Positions 32,854 through 47,497 of a DNA stretch of 64,000 nucleotides are shown here, piece by piece (within the stretch, counting starts at the first letter, position 1; the number at the start of each line of letters is the position of its first letter). The position numbers and the translations under genes were made by a program. Source of the stretch: the human T2T-CHM13v2.0 reference genome, Homo sapiens. Below the pieces are notes generated by a model. The model worked only from the letters and a program-made list of their open reading frames with translations, ran no database searches and had not been told where the DNA came from. The stretch is taken from the NCBI RefSeq assembly GCF_009914755.1, contig NC_060925.1. One strand, written 5' to 3'.

Positions 32854-33148
32854 AGCTGGGCACAGTTGCTCTTGCCTGTAATCCCAGCACTTTGGAAGGC
32901 TGAGGCAGGAGGATCACTTAAGCCCAGGAGTCGGAAGACCAGCCTGGGCAACATAGGGATTCTCTGTTGCTACAGAAAACTTTCTAGAAATTAGCTGGGC
33001 GTAGTGGCACACACTTGTGGTCTCAGCTACTTAGGAGGCTGAGATGGGTGAACTCATGAGCCTGGGAGGTTGAGGATGCAGTGAGTTGTGATTGTGCCAT
33101 TGCACTCTAGCCTGGGCAACAGAGTGAGACCCTGTGTCAAAAGAAAAA
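32854..33148 (+). mobile_element. AluJ
   Basis: GGAGGATCACTTAAGCCCAGGAG, AACATAGGGA, GAGACCCTG; highly diverged. Confidence 0.9.
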
Positions 33149-33149
33149 T

Positions 33150-34190
33150 CATAATTGTCTCAAATTATTTCTGAAATAATTTTATCATACTATATTTGAC
33201 CACACATTTATTATTATGTACAATTTCATATGCTTAATTTTAATAGAATAAAAATTTATATTTCATTTTCCCCATATGCTTATTAACCATTTATATGTTC
33301 TCTTTCTTTAAACATCAGATCATATTCCTTGGCCACTTATCTATTGGAATTATAGGATTTTTTGATTCATTTCTGAAGTCTCCATTTATTAATACTGTTA
33401 CTATTAATAATATTGATATTTCATCTAATGTGACCTTCTTAATTGTATTATTTAACTTTGTATTCTTTTTGAACAAGGTTCTAACTTTAGGTACCAAAAA
33501 TCCATTTTTACTGTAATATACTTAAAATGATAACCATCTCATTATCTTGTGATTTAATGAATTATTATTTTTATTTCTCCCTGAATTCATGTTTGAATAT
33601 TTGCATCTCATATCTTATTTTGGAATAATATATGAGTTGAGTATATAAATTCATTATTTTCTAAATAGCAAACTGATTACCAAAACAGTTTTATTAAATA
33701 ATCTGTCTCTTTCTCACTGGTTTGTGATACCTCTATGACTGTAGTAGTTCTCATGGAAGATAAGGTCTAATTCTTATAAATATGTTTTGTAGTGTTCATC
33801 GAGGTCTGTCTAATTTTGTTAGTACCATGTTCACTTAAGTATTATAGTTTTATAACATTTGATGTCTATTATGTCTTGCTCCTCATTTTAATTTTTTGAA
33901 AACTAGCTCTCCTCATATGATTTAACATATGGAATTTGAAATTTTAATTTCCAGTTTTTCAAAAATTATTTCTTTTATTTATAATAAAATTACATTAAAT
34001 AAATAAAATAATTTAGCATGAAGATATATTTAAATATGCATCCCTCTTGCTTGAAGCATGGTATATCTATCCAACTTCTTAAGTCTGCTTTAATTCTCTC
34101 TATATTTGGTAGTTTTCATTAAATATACACTAGACGTGTTTCATTGAGGTTACTTTTAGGTATTTTGTTACCACAAATGGGAATGCAATT
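33150..34190 (-). mobile_element. Old L1ME-like fragment
   Basis: Degenerate antisense L1 3' text (TTATTAAATAATCTGTCTCTTTCTCACTGG...). Confidence 0.55.
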
Positions 34191-34539
34191 ATAGGCAAAG
34201 CAAGCAGAAACATACAGCTTTGATGAAAGCTCTAATCTCAACACTGTCCATATATATTTGACCACATCATTAGACCTATAAAAGTTTGCATTCAGGCAAT
34301 ACTCCAGATTTTATTTGATCTCATTTCTTGTTTTGAGCCATCTGGCAAGTATTCACAATTATTGATGGCAAGAATTTCTCAAACTGGATCAATAAAATGT
34401 CTTCCTTCCTAAATCCCAGTGGAATAGACTGAGGACTGTGGGGAAAGTTGATTTACTTAAAGATTCCAACAGTTCTGTAGAGGAAGTAAGAATGGAGGAA
34501 CTAAAAGCTCTGTCACAGGCTCACTGTTCCATCTATACT

Positions 34540-35100
34540 TTCCCTTCCTCATCTCATTCTCACCCTGAGCACCAACCACCATATGATGTAGCTGCTGTCC
34601 AAATATAAATTTCTAGTCCAGGTCCTCTGATGAACCATAGCATAAATATATCTTCACTCAGACAAGCTTGATTTGTCCAAAACTGAACTCAAAATAATTT
34701 TGCTCAAGTAGGTTACTTCTGCATTCTATATGGGCAATGGCACTACTATCCCCCCAGCTGGTTAAGCCTAAAAGAGACTATCTCAGTTTTTTGTTTCTTT
34801 TTATTTCCCCTAGAGTGTAGTCTCCACGTCTCCTTAACATCTCCTTAGTGCAGAACCTCCTCTGGATCCTATCTGCTACTGCCTTGGTTTAGGGCCCCGT
34901 TTTCCCTCTCCCAGGCCTGAGCAATAGTTTCCCCACACTTCCTGCTCTATAGTCAGCTACTCCCACCATCTATCCTTCCCACTTTAGACAAAGGGAACTT
35001 TCTAAGAAGCAAATCATTGTTGTTGACTTTTTCTCCCTTCCAAAATACTTCAATGGCTCATTATTAACTTAAGGAGAAAAAGTATTCTATTTACCTGGGC
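34540..35100 (+). mobile_element. L2 fragment
   Basis: TGTCCAAAACTGAACTC...AATGGCACTACTATCC...CTTCAATGGCTC. Confidence 0.7.
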
Positions 35101-35173
35101 AACTATATAATATCTTGCATATTACTCATCCTGCTAAGTAACCCTTGGTTAAGTGAAAGCATTTGCATTGCTA

Positions 35174-35540
<367 letters not shown>

Positions 35541-38500
35541 CTAGGAAACCTGAGGGAATCAGCGCAGTTTATACCAGAATCCAGCTCCCACTCCGGGAGA
35601 GATAAGAAGAAGACTACTACTGAGGCTTAGGACAGTGTAGAGGAATGAGGAAAAGCGACCTAAAATTTTCGTGTCTGGGAGAAGAGGGAATGAGCAGTGG
35701 CTGAGGGGAGGAGGAGGTCAGCATGGAGAGAAATAAGGAGACAGTTTTGGTGGCCAGCCCAGGGGCTATGTGAAATCATTGAATGGGAGTCTCACCAATG
35801 GCAGAAGCCAAGCCAATGCCTGATTTTTGTGCTAACCTTCAAACTGCCTGTTCCTCTTCTTCCTGTCTTCAGTGGTTTTCAATCAACAGCATGCCATTTG
35901 TGGTTCATTCAGAAAAATCGCACTCTGGCCCCATGACTTCGGTTACTTTTTATACAGGCCACTTGGCATGGCCATTCTCCAGTCCCCTTTAATGGTCCAA
36001 AACATTTAGAAGACCAAGAAACAGAGAGTGAAGTGAAATTAAGTCCTGAAAGAGCCTTGTGTATCAGGGAAATCCTCAGCACTCCTACTTGGAGGGACGG
36101 CATTGCGATTAAAGCACTTCAGTGACATGTGCATACACTTAGCTCTCCAATGTGACCTGTTCCTGTGACCTCCCTTGCTTCAACCTAGTCACCTGTTCTA
36201 GTTACCCGTAGATACACCAGGTGGTGGGAAACTTTGACAACTTCACCAGCACTCTTCCTTCTACTGAGAAACTCCCTTCCCTACCCCACATAATTTTCCA
36301 GTGCACACATTAATCTTGCAAGATCATATCTTTTTAAAAAGTGTCTGTCTCTTACCTTGTCATACACATGTAAATAAAAAGGTGCAACAAAGTTTTTGGG
36401 TGTTGACCCTCCCCACCATTCCACCCACCCACCTCCACTCACCTGTGGCTCCAGCCTCTGGAGCTTATCCATCTCTCTATTACAACAAGTACTCCTTCAA
36501 GCAAATGTTGAATAAATGAATGAATGGACAAACAAATAAATCTGTTCTGTCAATCCTTAACAGCCAGCTGAAGGCTTAAATCAGAGAACTTAAATTGCCC
36601 CTGAAATAATTACTGCAATCTGTACTACTCTTCAGACAATTCCCTATTTCTGTCAACCTACCCCTAACTCAATATTTAACTGATTTCTAACTTTGTGTCT
36701 CAACTATGTGATGCTTTCCAAAACTAGAATTACCTTGGCAGCCAGGTTTATAGACTTCAAAGAAACCTGATGCTGCTATGGATGGAAATAGGGGGCAATA
36801 GGGGGCAAGCTGGTTTGTGTGGTGAGTGCCAAGGTTAAGTAAATAGACATAGTGGAGCCAAACATTCACCTGCATTTCAATATGATCAGATTTACACACA
36901 CACACACACTCTTAAAGTTAGCAATTTATGCTATGAGAATGAGAATATTTTAGACTTGAGGAAACTCAAATTTAATAAAACCTGTAAGATGGCTGGCTAT
37001 GACTTTATATAAGCTGAATAAACATATCTTCATTCAGACTGATACTTCTGCCTTTCTTCTTTGAGTCTCTAATCATCCAAAGCCAACTTTTCAGTTCCTG
37101 AATGCTACAAATTATCTTCTATGAAAGTCATTGTTTTGTCTATGAAGCTTATCATAACTTCAGGGAATTTCACATTTGCATTTCTGATGGACTACAGTCT
37201 AAGGTGTTAGCAAATTGGTTTCAGCTTTCCCCACCTTTTTTTTTTCCCCACTGTGAAGCAGCTCATTACAAAATAGACACATTTCTAAATCAAATACTTG
37301 AGTTATTATTGATGCGTGAAGAGAATAGAGATGATTTGGTTAAGAAATGCCTAAAAGTTACTTTCTTGTTCCCATGATTTTCTAGTTGATTGAATGATTT
37401 ATATCCTCAATTCCAAATTTAAATGTATGGTTTTTAATCATCATGATATAGTTAGTGGAAGGCTTTTAACCTTTACATTTAAGAAGCCCTTAGTACAACT
37501 CAAGCTTATTGACTTCTAAAGCTTAACATACAATATTTTTAAATGATTCAAGTCTATATATTTTATAGGTCTATAGTTTGAGCAATAGTAGAAGAATGTT
37601 TAAAGAGCCAATTGTTTTCCAATTACTGTAGTCATGGCTCCAAGATAGGCATGAATCCCCACCCTAAAAACAAAACGTGAAAAATTGGCATACTTTGAGT
37701 AGACTACCTCTGTAAAGTATTAAAATCTCCAAACCCAAAGCGACTCTAAGACTCAGTATAATTCATTTATTCGATGGCACTATAATGGGATTTCTTGCAC
37801 AATGAGAAGCAAGCAAATATTATCTTCTTTAAGTTCTTAAATGTTTTATTTAGTATTCCTAAATTAGGAAGGCAAACTAAACATTCACATAATCAAATAT
37901 ATAGGGGGGATCTGTATATTCTGTATTTTTTGAAGTTTTTTCTACTGGCAGATAGCATCTCATTTTGCTGTGACGGGCATTAAGACTGTGATTTTGAGAT
38001 ATGGTCAACCAAAACTTCATGCAACTAATTCCAGGGTTTATAGCAGAAAAGAAATTGTTGTGTACCTCTCATTACAACTCTTAATTATTTTTAAGGTAGC
38101 TTATATGGTTGGCTTAGGGAAAAGGATGAAGATCCAGAAGAAAAATAGTGAGACTTCAGGTGATAGAGAAAAAGAGTTACAAAATGTTCTAAAAGGATAA
38201 AGCCCAAAGGCTGTAGAGCAACATAGTAATATTAAATCCTGGATTAAAGTGAAATGATTTAGGAGACTTTGTAAGACATATCTGCAAAGCAATGCCTTTA
38301 GAAATATTTATTTAGTGAGCCTAATTATGTAAAATAGTGAGAATTGGTGAGAAAGTACAATATTGTCTCTTCAGATATATATTTTAAAAATTAGGGAGTT
38401 TTGAGTTTGAGCATTTATCATCCTACTAAAGCCTTTAGCACATAGTTAATTCCATGGCATGTATTATCCTGTCTTCCAGAGACAAGTACAATGGGATTAA

Positions 38501-40394
38501 GGAGTATGAATGGACTGTCTCACTTAGCCTGGGAGATTCAGGTGAAGTTTGTGCACAGACTTGAAAGAAATGCAGAATTTCCTAGGGTAGGCAGGAGATG
38601 GGGCTTGCGGTGAGGGAAGTAAATTTCAGAAAAAATATCATGTGCAAAAAAGGTACACTGGTATGAGACAGCATGGTGTCTTTAAAAACTGTAGAGCAGT
38701 ATTCCGATAGCATTTAGTTTAACTCCATCATTATATTTTTAAGCTATTTTTTGTACTATACTTCTAAAACATGTTTCTATCCTAAGAGAACTTACACAAA
38801 CACCATAACAAGGCAAAATTTGGCACTAAAGTATAAGCCATAACATTACAAAGGCAACGCATACAGGAGATTTGATATGAGTGTTTTGTACATATTTCAA
38901 TTATTAGCACAGGGTTAGATATAATTCATCACTCAAAACTGATTGTTTTACTTGTACAGAAGCCAGTATGACTGAAGCTCTCTTTTCAGTCAATTAATGT
39001 CCACTTGCCTGCCAGTTTTTACCATACATACCTGTGCCCTCCATGAAGCTAATTCCCCAACTGTTTAGGAAATTCAAATGGAACTCCTAAATAGTTCACA
39101 CACAGCTTTTGTTAATAAATTACCCAACATATTTCAACCAGGTCAGGCTTCACAGCTATACATTTTTTAAAAAGTGTAAATTAACTCTTGACAAGGGAAA
39201 TTCAAAACCATTCAAAGGCAAAGCCTGTGAATGAGACAAAGGATGAAAGGAAAATAGATGAAGTAATGCAATAGCCAGCTGAGGAGGAAAGGATGCCAAG
39301 TAGCTGTGATACAACAGCATGAAGCAAAGTGACTTCATTAATACTCTGCAAAGTACCAGAATGCTGCACAAGACAACACTTCGTTTCCAAACCAAACATA
39401 ACCAGAGTTTACCACTATTGATATTAAGTAGCAGCTGCCTAATTGCTAGAAAGCAGATATTTGAGCAGTTGTTGAGATATGCAAATGCAAATAAGCATTG
39501 TCACAAATATATCTGTAAACAGCGAGTATGGCTTTTGGTTTAGTTAGTTACACAATGATTGTGATATTTAGCCATCAGAGTAACTGAACTTTATAAAGTA
39601 ATCAGCAGTAGCAAACAGGTATATAAATAGCAGTTACTTAGATGATAGTCAAATTACAATTAAAAAATATATAAAGAACTTTATTACTGTGCTTTTATTT
39701 CCTAATTTTAAAATCATTTTAATCTATTCCAACAATAATTTACTTTAAAATGATAATCTTTGTCACAAGAATATTTATTCTATGAATATTTACTCAGCAT
39801 CTTCCATGTTAGGTGTTTATGATGCAAAAAACAAAAATTTTCCTACAGTTATTTCTGTGTTGCTGATGTTAAAAGAATTCATAGAATAAACAGCTTAGGG
39901 AAAAATGATAAATGTGTAATCACACAACTCCTTAGCATTGTTAAATATGTATCTGAAGAGATCATATTATATTATTCAACTCCCTCAAATTTAACAATCT
40001 AAAATAGTGATATATTTTGGCTGGTGAAAATTTTAGACTTGACATTCTACTGTGGATTATCAATTTCAAAGAATTACATTGCCAAGAATATGCTACAAAT
40101 AATGTTCATGTTATACTGAACCTAATCTAGTTTTGCCTCCACAAGTTAAGAAGATACTTCCAATCCTTTGTCAGCAAAAGCATCCATTTTAATTGAGCAT
40201 TCTGTTCCATTTACTGTATATTTAAGTTGTTATTACATAGCAGGAACTGTACTAGGAGAAGGAGCCAGAAAGGTGGTGACATACTTTTCCTTTCGTGGGG
40301 AAACAGTCTAATGGAGAGAAGGACAAGTAAGAAACCACAAAGTGTATTTTGGTAAGTGTTTTGAGAGGAGCTCTAGAGGCTCAAAGGAGGAGTT

Positions 40395-40800
40395 GCTGGT
40401 TGGGTCCCCTGAGAAAGCAGGCCTTGAAATAAGGATTTGAATAGAATTAGTTTATTTGGGAAATGATTACAGGGAACACTAGTAGGGAGCGAGGAAGCAA
40501 GACAGGAAAGAGACAGAGTCAATTAAAGGTGCGTTGTCCAGCAAGTTCCCACCTGGCTGGCTGAAGCCTAATCCAGCTGGGGAAGTTTGGGAAATGGTGT
40601 AAGACACAGTCTCAGATTTATCACACCTAAGGGAGAGGGATTTGGAGTATTTATAACTGCCAGCAGTCCTTGGTTGCAGTCTATTCAGAAAGGTATTAAT
40701 TCTCTTACGCTTATGATTTGCAAAGGAAAAGAAACTCCTCAGACCAAAACAATAACAGCAACAACAAAAAACTGTTTTCGTTTGGGAGGAGGACCAAAAG
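40395..40800 (-). mobile_element. LTR16/LTR33-like ERVL LTR
   Basis: GGGTCCCCTGAGAAAGCAGGCCTTGAAATAAGGATTTG...GTTTATTTGGGA. Confidence 0.6.
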
Positions 40801-41049
40801 GAAGGAATAAGGGTCAGGCACTGACTCTACAGGTACTCACTGATCTCTTTGTTATGACTATGGAGTTTTCTTTACTTTATTCCCACATTTTTTCACTGCA
40901 CTGGGACCTGCATTTTTTTTTTCTGTTTTTGTCATTTGTCACGTTTGACTTTCTGCTTTTCCTTAGTTAGGTCATGAGACCAATCACAGAAATTATTTAT
41001 TTATACATTTTCAAAATGTCTTTTCCTCTCCTACCCTTCTTCATGCTAT

Positions 41050-41600
41050 TTCAAAAATTACACCACTGGATAAATTTAAATGTTCTTCCTGTTTTGCATC
41101 TAAACCCAGCAGTGAACTATCACTAGAGAAAAACACCTGACTTCAGGGAACACCTGGTCTCAGATAAATTCATGACCACAGACCTCAAGTAGGTGCTGAG
41201 CACAGCCCCGCCATCCTCTTTCTACCCCCATCCTCCACTCCCAAACTTGACTATTTCATAATGGCTCCATGGTCAAAGTTTGATACCCATGCCTCAGCTG
41301 ATAGTCTTGCCTCCTATTTCACTGAGGAAATGGATGCTGTCATAAAACAAAATACTTCATTTTATCACTAACAATTCTACCTAATTATCATTATCTATGC
41401 CCATGAACTCCATTTTCCACCTGTTACAACTGATGAACTTTATTGCTATGGCCAAAACTTCCAATGATACACTGGATCTCATCCCTTTTTTGGTCAACTC
41501 AAGAACTTTATTCCTACAGTTATCCATCTTTCCTAAAACATATATCTCTATATCTGTAGGATTAGTTTCATCAGCATTTGAACATACTCTAGGAAGTACC
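41050..41600 (+). mobile_element. L2 internal fragment
   Basis: CTCAGCTGATAGTCTTGCCTCCTATTTCACTGAGGAAAT. Confidence 0.65.
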
Positions 41601-42624
41601 ACAGTAATGTGAGCTTTAGTAATTAAATACCAAACTAAATAGCATTTCTAAGCCTCAGTTACTTCATCTATCATAAAGAATAATAAAATCTACCTTTTTG
41701 GATTATTGTTAGCATTAAATAAAATGAAGCATAAAAAGCTCCCAAAATATATGACATTAATAATTTATTATTAATATTCTATTACATAGCTAAATATAAC
41801 AAAGCTAAAATATTGTCTTCTCTCAAGCATGTCTTGATTTGTACATTCATTCTGGAACAGATACTCAGACTCAAAGCTCACTGGAGAGCAGAATGAGTAT
41901 TCCAAAAATGGCCATCATATGTCTGAACCCATATTCTCTTCTAGAACATTGCCCCTACTCCGTCAAGAAGTTGAGTGTATGTACTTCTCTCTGAACGTGG
42001 CTAGGTCCTTATGACTTTTTGACTTTTTCAACTGATATGGTATGGCAGAAGCAAAGCTGTGTGACATCTAAGGCTAGGCATTAAAAGGGGATAGTGCATC
42101 CACCTGGTGCTAGTGCTCTCTCACTCTCTCTCTTTTCTCCCTCTCTCTGTCTCTTTCTCTCCTTCTCTTAAAATGATCACCCCTGGAAATGAGCCAAGTA
42201 ACCCAGGCTACTTGGACCAGCAGCCCATGTTGAAAGAAACTGAAGTTCCCACTCTGTAGTCATGGCTATGCTTTACAGCTGACAGAGCACCACCTTGCCT
42301 GCTGTGTGAGTGAGCCATCTTAGAAGCAGATCCTCCAGTGTTCAGATGACTCACATCATCTGGTGTTGTATAGATATGGCTTTTACATAATGACACAAAC
42401 TCAATATTTTTAAAACATTTATTCATGGAGTAACACTGCCAACTTGGACTGTGAGAGCAGAGACATTAAAAAATGAAAAGGGGTCTTTAGACTCCAAATT
42501 TATACAAGCAGGAAGCAGACTGAGAAAACTACTTCATCAAATACATGTTACATATTATGGAAGAGGAAGGATAATTCAGAAGCAGAACCAAGAATTTAAA
42601 GACCAGACCCAAGAGCCATGGAGC

Positions 42625-43423
42625 TGACATGACAAAGTACCACAGACTGGGTGACTTAAACAACAGAACTTGATTTTCTCACAGTTTTGGAGGCTAGAAG
42701 TCTGAAGTCGAAGTGTCAGAAGGGTTCCTTTTTCCTATGGCTTGACTTCTTGGCTTATAGATTGCTGTCTTCTCCTTACATCTTCCCAGTGGTCGTTCCT
42801 CTGTGTGTATCTGTGCTTAATTTCTTCTTCTTAAAAGAATGCCAGTCATATTGGACAAGAGCTACCCATACAACCTCATTTTAATTAACTCTTTAAACAT
42901 CCTACTCCTGATGAAGAGTAAACTGAGGCTTAATAAAACCTTAAAGAGTTTATTTGAGCAAGCAACAATTCATGAGTTGGGTAGCTCCAAACCAGAAGTG
43001 GTTCAAGAGCTCCAATGAGGAAATGCAAGGAGGAGGATTTTATAGGATGAATACAGAGGGAAAGCAAAGAAAATATTTGATTGAGTACAATTATACAATT
43101 GCCTTCTTTGGACTATCCCATTGGAAAGTCTCTAGTTTTACAATTATAAGTTTATTGGCTACTTCTGATTGGTTGAGCTTAAGCTCTGCTTTTCTTTAAT
43201 ATAGGCATTTACAAGTAGCTCAAGTTAAGTTTCACTGATGTTCGCAAATCAAGCAAGGTTTAAGTCATTTATGAGGCCTCACTGGTTTCATCTTCTCAGA
43301 GATTTTTTAGGCCTTGTCTCCATTTTAAGGTATTTTAACACTCCAAATACAGTCATATTCTAAGGTACTTGGGATTGGGATTTCAGCATATAAATTTGTG
43401 GGGACACAATCCAACCCATAACA
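42625..43423 (-). mobile_element. MLT1A/B-like LTR, interrupted by an ERV1 LTR
   Basis: ACAAAGTACCACAGACTGGGTGACTTAAACAACAG...CTCCAAATACAGTCATATTCT...GACACAATCCAACCCATAACA. Confidence 0.8.
42909..43340 (-). mobile_element. ERV1 solo LTR (MER57/MER4-group-like)
   Basis: TG...CA termini, 432 bp, 4-bp TSD CTCC at 42905-42908 and 43341-43344. Confidence 0.8.
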
Positions 43424-46400
43424 CCACTGCTTTGGGATTTCTTCTTACATGGTAATAGATAATCCAAACATCCCCTGTTTCCTGATAATATCCTAAATTA
43501 TTTACACAGCACTTCTGAAAGTGTCCTTTCTCATTCACTTTTGAACCATTTAAGGACTAGGACTTTACTTTGTATTTCTGTAGTCTTCATGCATAGCACA
43601 AATTTCACAATCAAAGCCGCCCTGGCACATAATAGGTCTTCAATAAATGTTTGATGATTAAATTCCTCAAAGGCCGCATCATGCTCTCTAAATGTTTTTT
43701 CAATGTGCATCTCTTAGAATGGTCTACTGTCATCTATTCTGTGACGGAAGAGGCAGTGTCACTTTTTTTGGCTAATAATTGTCAACTCAGCATTCAAAGC
43801 CCTCCAATTTAACTCCAGTCTATCTTTCTTGCCTCATTTTCCACTTCCCCTTACCACTTGCACTACACTTCAACCCATCTTGGCCATAAGCTCTTTCTTC
43901 ATCATGTTCCACATTTTCTCCATTGTTGGCTATGAATAAGTGGGCAAATGTGCAGAGGTCTACTTCCTTTTGGATATTTTTCTTGATTCCTCCTAACCAT
44001 CTAAGATAATTGTTGTTTCTGGTAAACGCTTTTACACCATTTTGTACTTTGGCACTCACCTTATTCTATCATGTAATTCATTCATATGTAAACTCCTTCT
44101 ACCTTAGTTCTCAGATTGTAAGCTGCTGTAAGGAGTGCTTCATGTTCATATTTACACTCCCTGAAGTCCTCAGAAGAACATTTGTAGCGTGGTAGATCCT
44201 CAAGTATATGTTAAACTGCTTTAAATTGATTAAAAACTAACTTAAGTCCTCTCTCCTTATGGATATTAAGTATATTGACTTTAAAGGGTTTTCTTGCTGC
44301 TACAAGTCATAACAGTAAATAGATGTAGAGAGAAATGTTTACAAGGACTATAATTAAGCAAAATAGGCTTTCTCTGACTTTTGCAAGCAAACTAATTTGC
44401 ATGTATATCATTTAGAATTGATTAAAATTTTAAATTTAATATCTGAAATTATTTGATTATTTTGGTTCTTGTGTTATAGTTATTTCTTCTGATATCTGAT
44501 CTGCTATGATGATGTAGGTTAATATCTTCCAACTTTATTTACAAAACTTGTTTTCAATTGCTGTACCACTCATTTCCTCAAAGGTTGCCTCTCATATCTC
44601 TTCATCATATATACCTCTTCAAATTCAATCGAGATTTCAATTCGTCTCACTTCTCCCCAACCTGTGAGTACCACTTTGTTGCACTGTAAAAATGCATAAG
44701 AACTCCTTTACATTATTTGAATTTTGCAATATATTATGTATTCTCAGAAAAAGCACTACATTGACACCCATAGTGTTGAACTACATAATTTTAAAAAGAG
44801 CTGATTTGAGTACAAAATAATTATTTAACTGACTACTTAATATCTAAGTATATCTTTCACGTAATACAACTGATGGAATTTCTTTGACCAACACCAACAT
44901 CTCATGTGACTTAGTAAAAACATGTATATTTAGATACTGGCAACAGAAAAATGGCTTGGAGATTTCTCAGCAAAACTATTCTGTTTCAGAAATGTTTTGT
45001 TTCATATTTTATTAGTATATAATTATAATACTCTAAATGTCAGTTATAAAAATTAAATGAATAGTTGTGTTTTTGAATATTTACTCTACCACCTCTTAGT
45101 GTTCTGCTCAATAATGTACAGTGTGACTAAGTATAGTAACTCTATGAGTGACTATACAGAATTTCATACCCTTCTCCTCAAAGAGTGGTTAAAATACTTG
45201 GAGAACATCTCCATTCTTTAATAGATGTTAGAAAAAATCACTTTAAAAAGTCCTTTAGATTTAATAATTTAAAAAACGGGAACTCCTTTTCAGCAATAAT
45301 TTGATTATAAGGGTTTTTTAAGTTTCCACTATTATTGAATGTCAGTTAATTCTTAATTCATTCTTCCGTATCTTCTGAAAAATGTGGCAGTGAAAAAAAT
45401 TTCAATCAACCACAATTACATGTCTACCAACCCAAGAATCATTAAGTTAATTAACCTTTAAATTCAAGCATCAACTAAAAGGAAATGTTCATGGAAATCA
45501 GTTTTTAAACAAAATTAAAAGTAAGATTCCAAGCCAATATTTTTTTGGTTAAAGTTTTTAGCTTTCAAATTCAGATGATAAAGCAAACTAAATGAATAAA
45601 CTATGTCTTTCAGTAGCTATAACCCTAGTTCATATAGTAGGAAATTATTGTCATGCTACATGATCAAGTCAACTAAAGTGCCTAGGAACATAGGAGTTAT
45701 TTAGTCATTCCAATCTAGACCGTTTTGTTAAGTTCCAGAAAGTATAGAATTTACTTAATTGGCACCCTGATAAATGGTCCTCCAATCTAATTGGTATAAT
45801 TACCAAAAGGCAGGTACAGTGTAATGTATTTAAATGACTCAAAGCAATAGGTTCATGGAATATCTTTTTCATTTAAAGAGAGTTATTAGCTTATTCAATG
45901 TAGTCTACTACATATCAATATCTAGCTCCAAATATATTCTAGTATACCTTATCTCCAGATCTATGGTTAAGAAAGAGATTATAAGTGCTTTCTATGGTTT
46001 TCATCTATCTGGAACAAAATTGAAAACTTAGCAAAGGGAGATTCTTTTCAACTAAAATTTATCAGAGCTGCACTGAATATACTTTCTTGTTTACCAAGAA
46101 CTGCGTGATGATACTTAAATAAATGATTATTTCCATCTCCTATCAAAATGTTCGAAACCTTGATTTTCATCTGTCCTATTACAGTCCATCTATTGTCTTC
46201 TCTGATGCACAGTATCATGAAGAAATAGTTAAGAATTATTATGAAGGAAGTGTCTTTTCTTCCCTTCAGCAGGAAAGATGAATGTTTTACTCATGAAAGT
46301 TATGAGGTAGAAAAATAGCTATTCCATTTTGTTTTTCACTTTTGATATGATATAAATTTCAGTGGAGACCTTAGAGATTCATAAGAAAATGAAAAACAAA

Positions 46401-47135
46401 GTCCTCAAAAATACTTTTTTTTTTGTCAGAAGAGCATCATTATTTTTAAGTTTCTCACAAACTTGTTTGTTCTGTCTCCAGTACTCTGATCTCCTGGTAA
46501 TTTTAGAGTAATTGAGAATATTTTCTAACATACGTGTCAACATAATGAAGGAGCTGGGACCTAAGTGAAGAAGCGACAAAATTTACAGTGGCTTTGAATG
46601 CTGGTTCCTGAATGGATTTGCTTGACTGCAATTCAATCTTTTTTGTGGCTCAAGGCTCACTCACCTCTAAAAGGCACTTTGTTTGTCAGAATCGATTTAA
46701 ATCAATTTCTGTGGAAATTAAAATTAAATATGGTATCCCTAAGATTCTTGCATTTATTTCAATTTTTAAATTATTGATTTATACATGATTTTTATGCCCC
46801 ATCATTATATGAACATTTATATAATTAGTGCTGATAACCAATATGCAATTTCATTTCTTTCTCTGAGATAGCTTTCGTTACATTTACTTTTCACATCAGA
46901 ATCTGGCATTCCAGTCTTCTTGAAGCTTAATTCTTTAACTGAAATTTAGTTATAGATATCCCATGATATTCTCTCCCTGGAAGTTGGTATTATAAGCTTG
47001 TTATTGTTTGTTTAAAGTTGGCTATAGAAGGATATTCTTCCCCAGTTTGTCTTTAGAGGTTAGAGCTTATCAATTTTTTTTTTTTAAGAGATTTGGGGAG
47101 GTCATTTCACTTGTGATCATCAAAAGTTCTGAGTT

Positions 47136-47306
<171 letters not shown>

Positions 47307-47458
47307 AAGTTCTGAGTTCTTTAAAGCTTTTTAAAAAGGCTTTTCTAAATGTTTTTCTCTTAGGAGATTTAGAAATTTTATCTATATTTCATTGCATTGC
47401 AATTACATCTGTGTCCTGAAACATTGGTTGTTCTTCCGGGTTTTGATGGTTACTAGAT

Positions 47459-47460
<2 letters not shown>

Positions 47461-47494
<34 letters not shown>
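47461..47494 (+). repeat. (GT)17 microsatellite
   Basis: Perfect run. Confidence 0.97.

Positions 47495-47497
<3 letters not shown>

Larger units (their letters stand above)
41880..43470 (+). mobile_element. MLT1F-like LTR split by nested insertions
   Basis: 5' part ~41880-42400 (CCAAAAATGGCC...GCCATCTTAGAAGCAGATCCTCCAG). The 3' end resumes at 43424-43470 (CCACTGCTTTGGG...TAATAGATAATCCAAACA). Confidence 0.7.

Noticed and set aside
39156-39395. Hydrophobic 79-aa ORF resembling a signal or membrane peptide
   Set aside because: Non-ATG start, a composition expected from a T-rich strand, and no homology.
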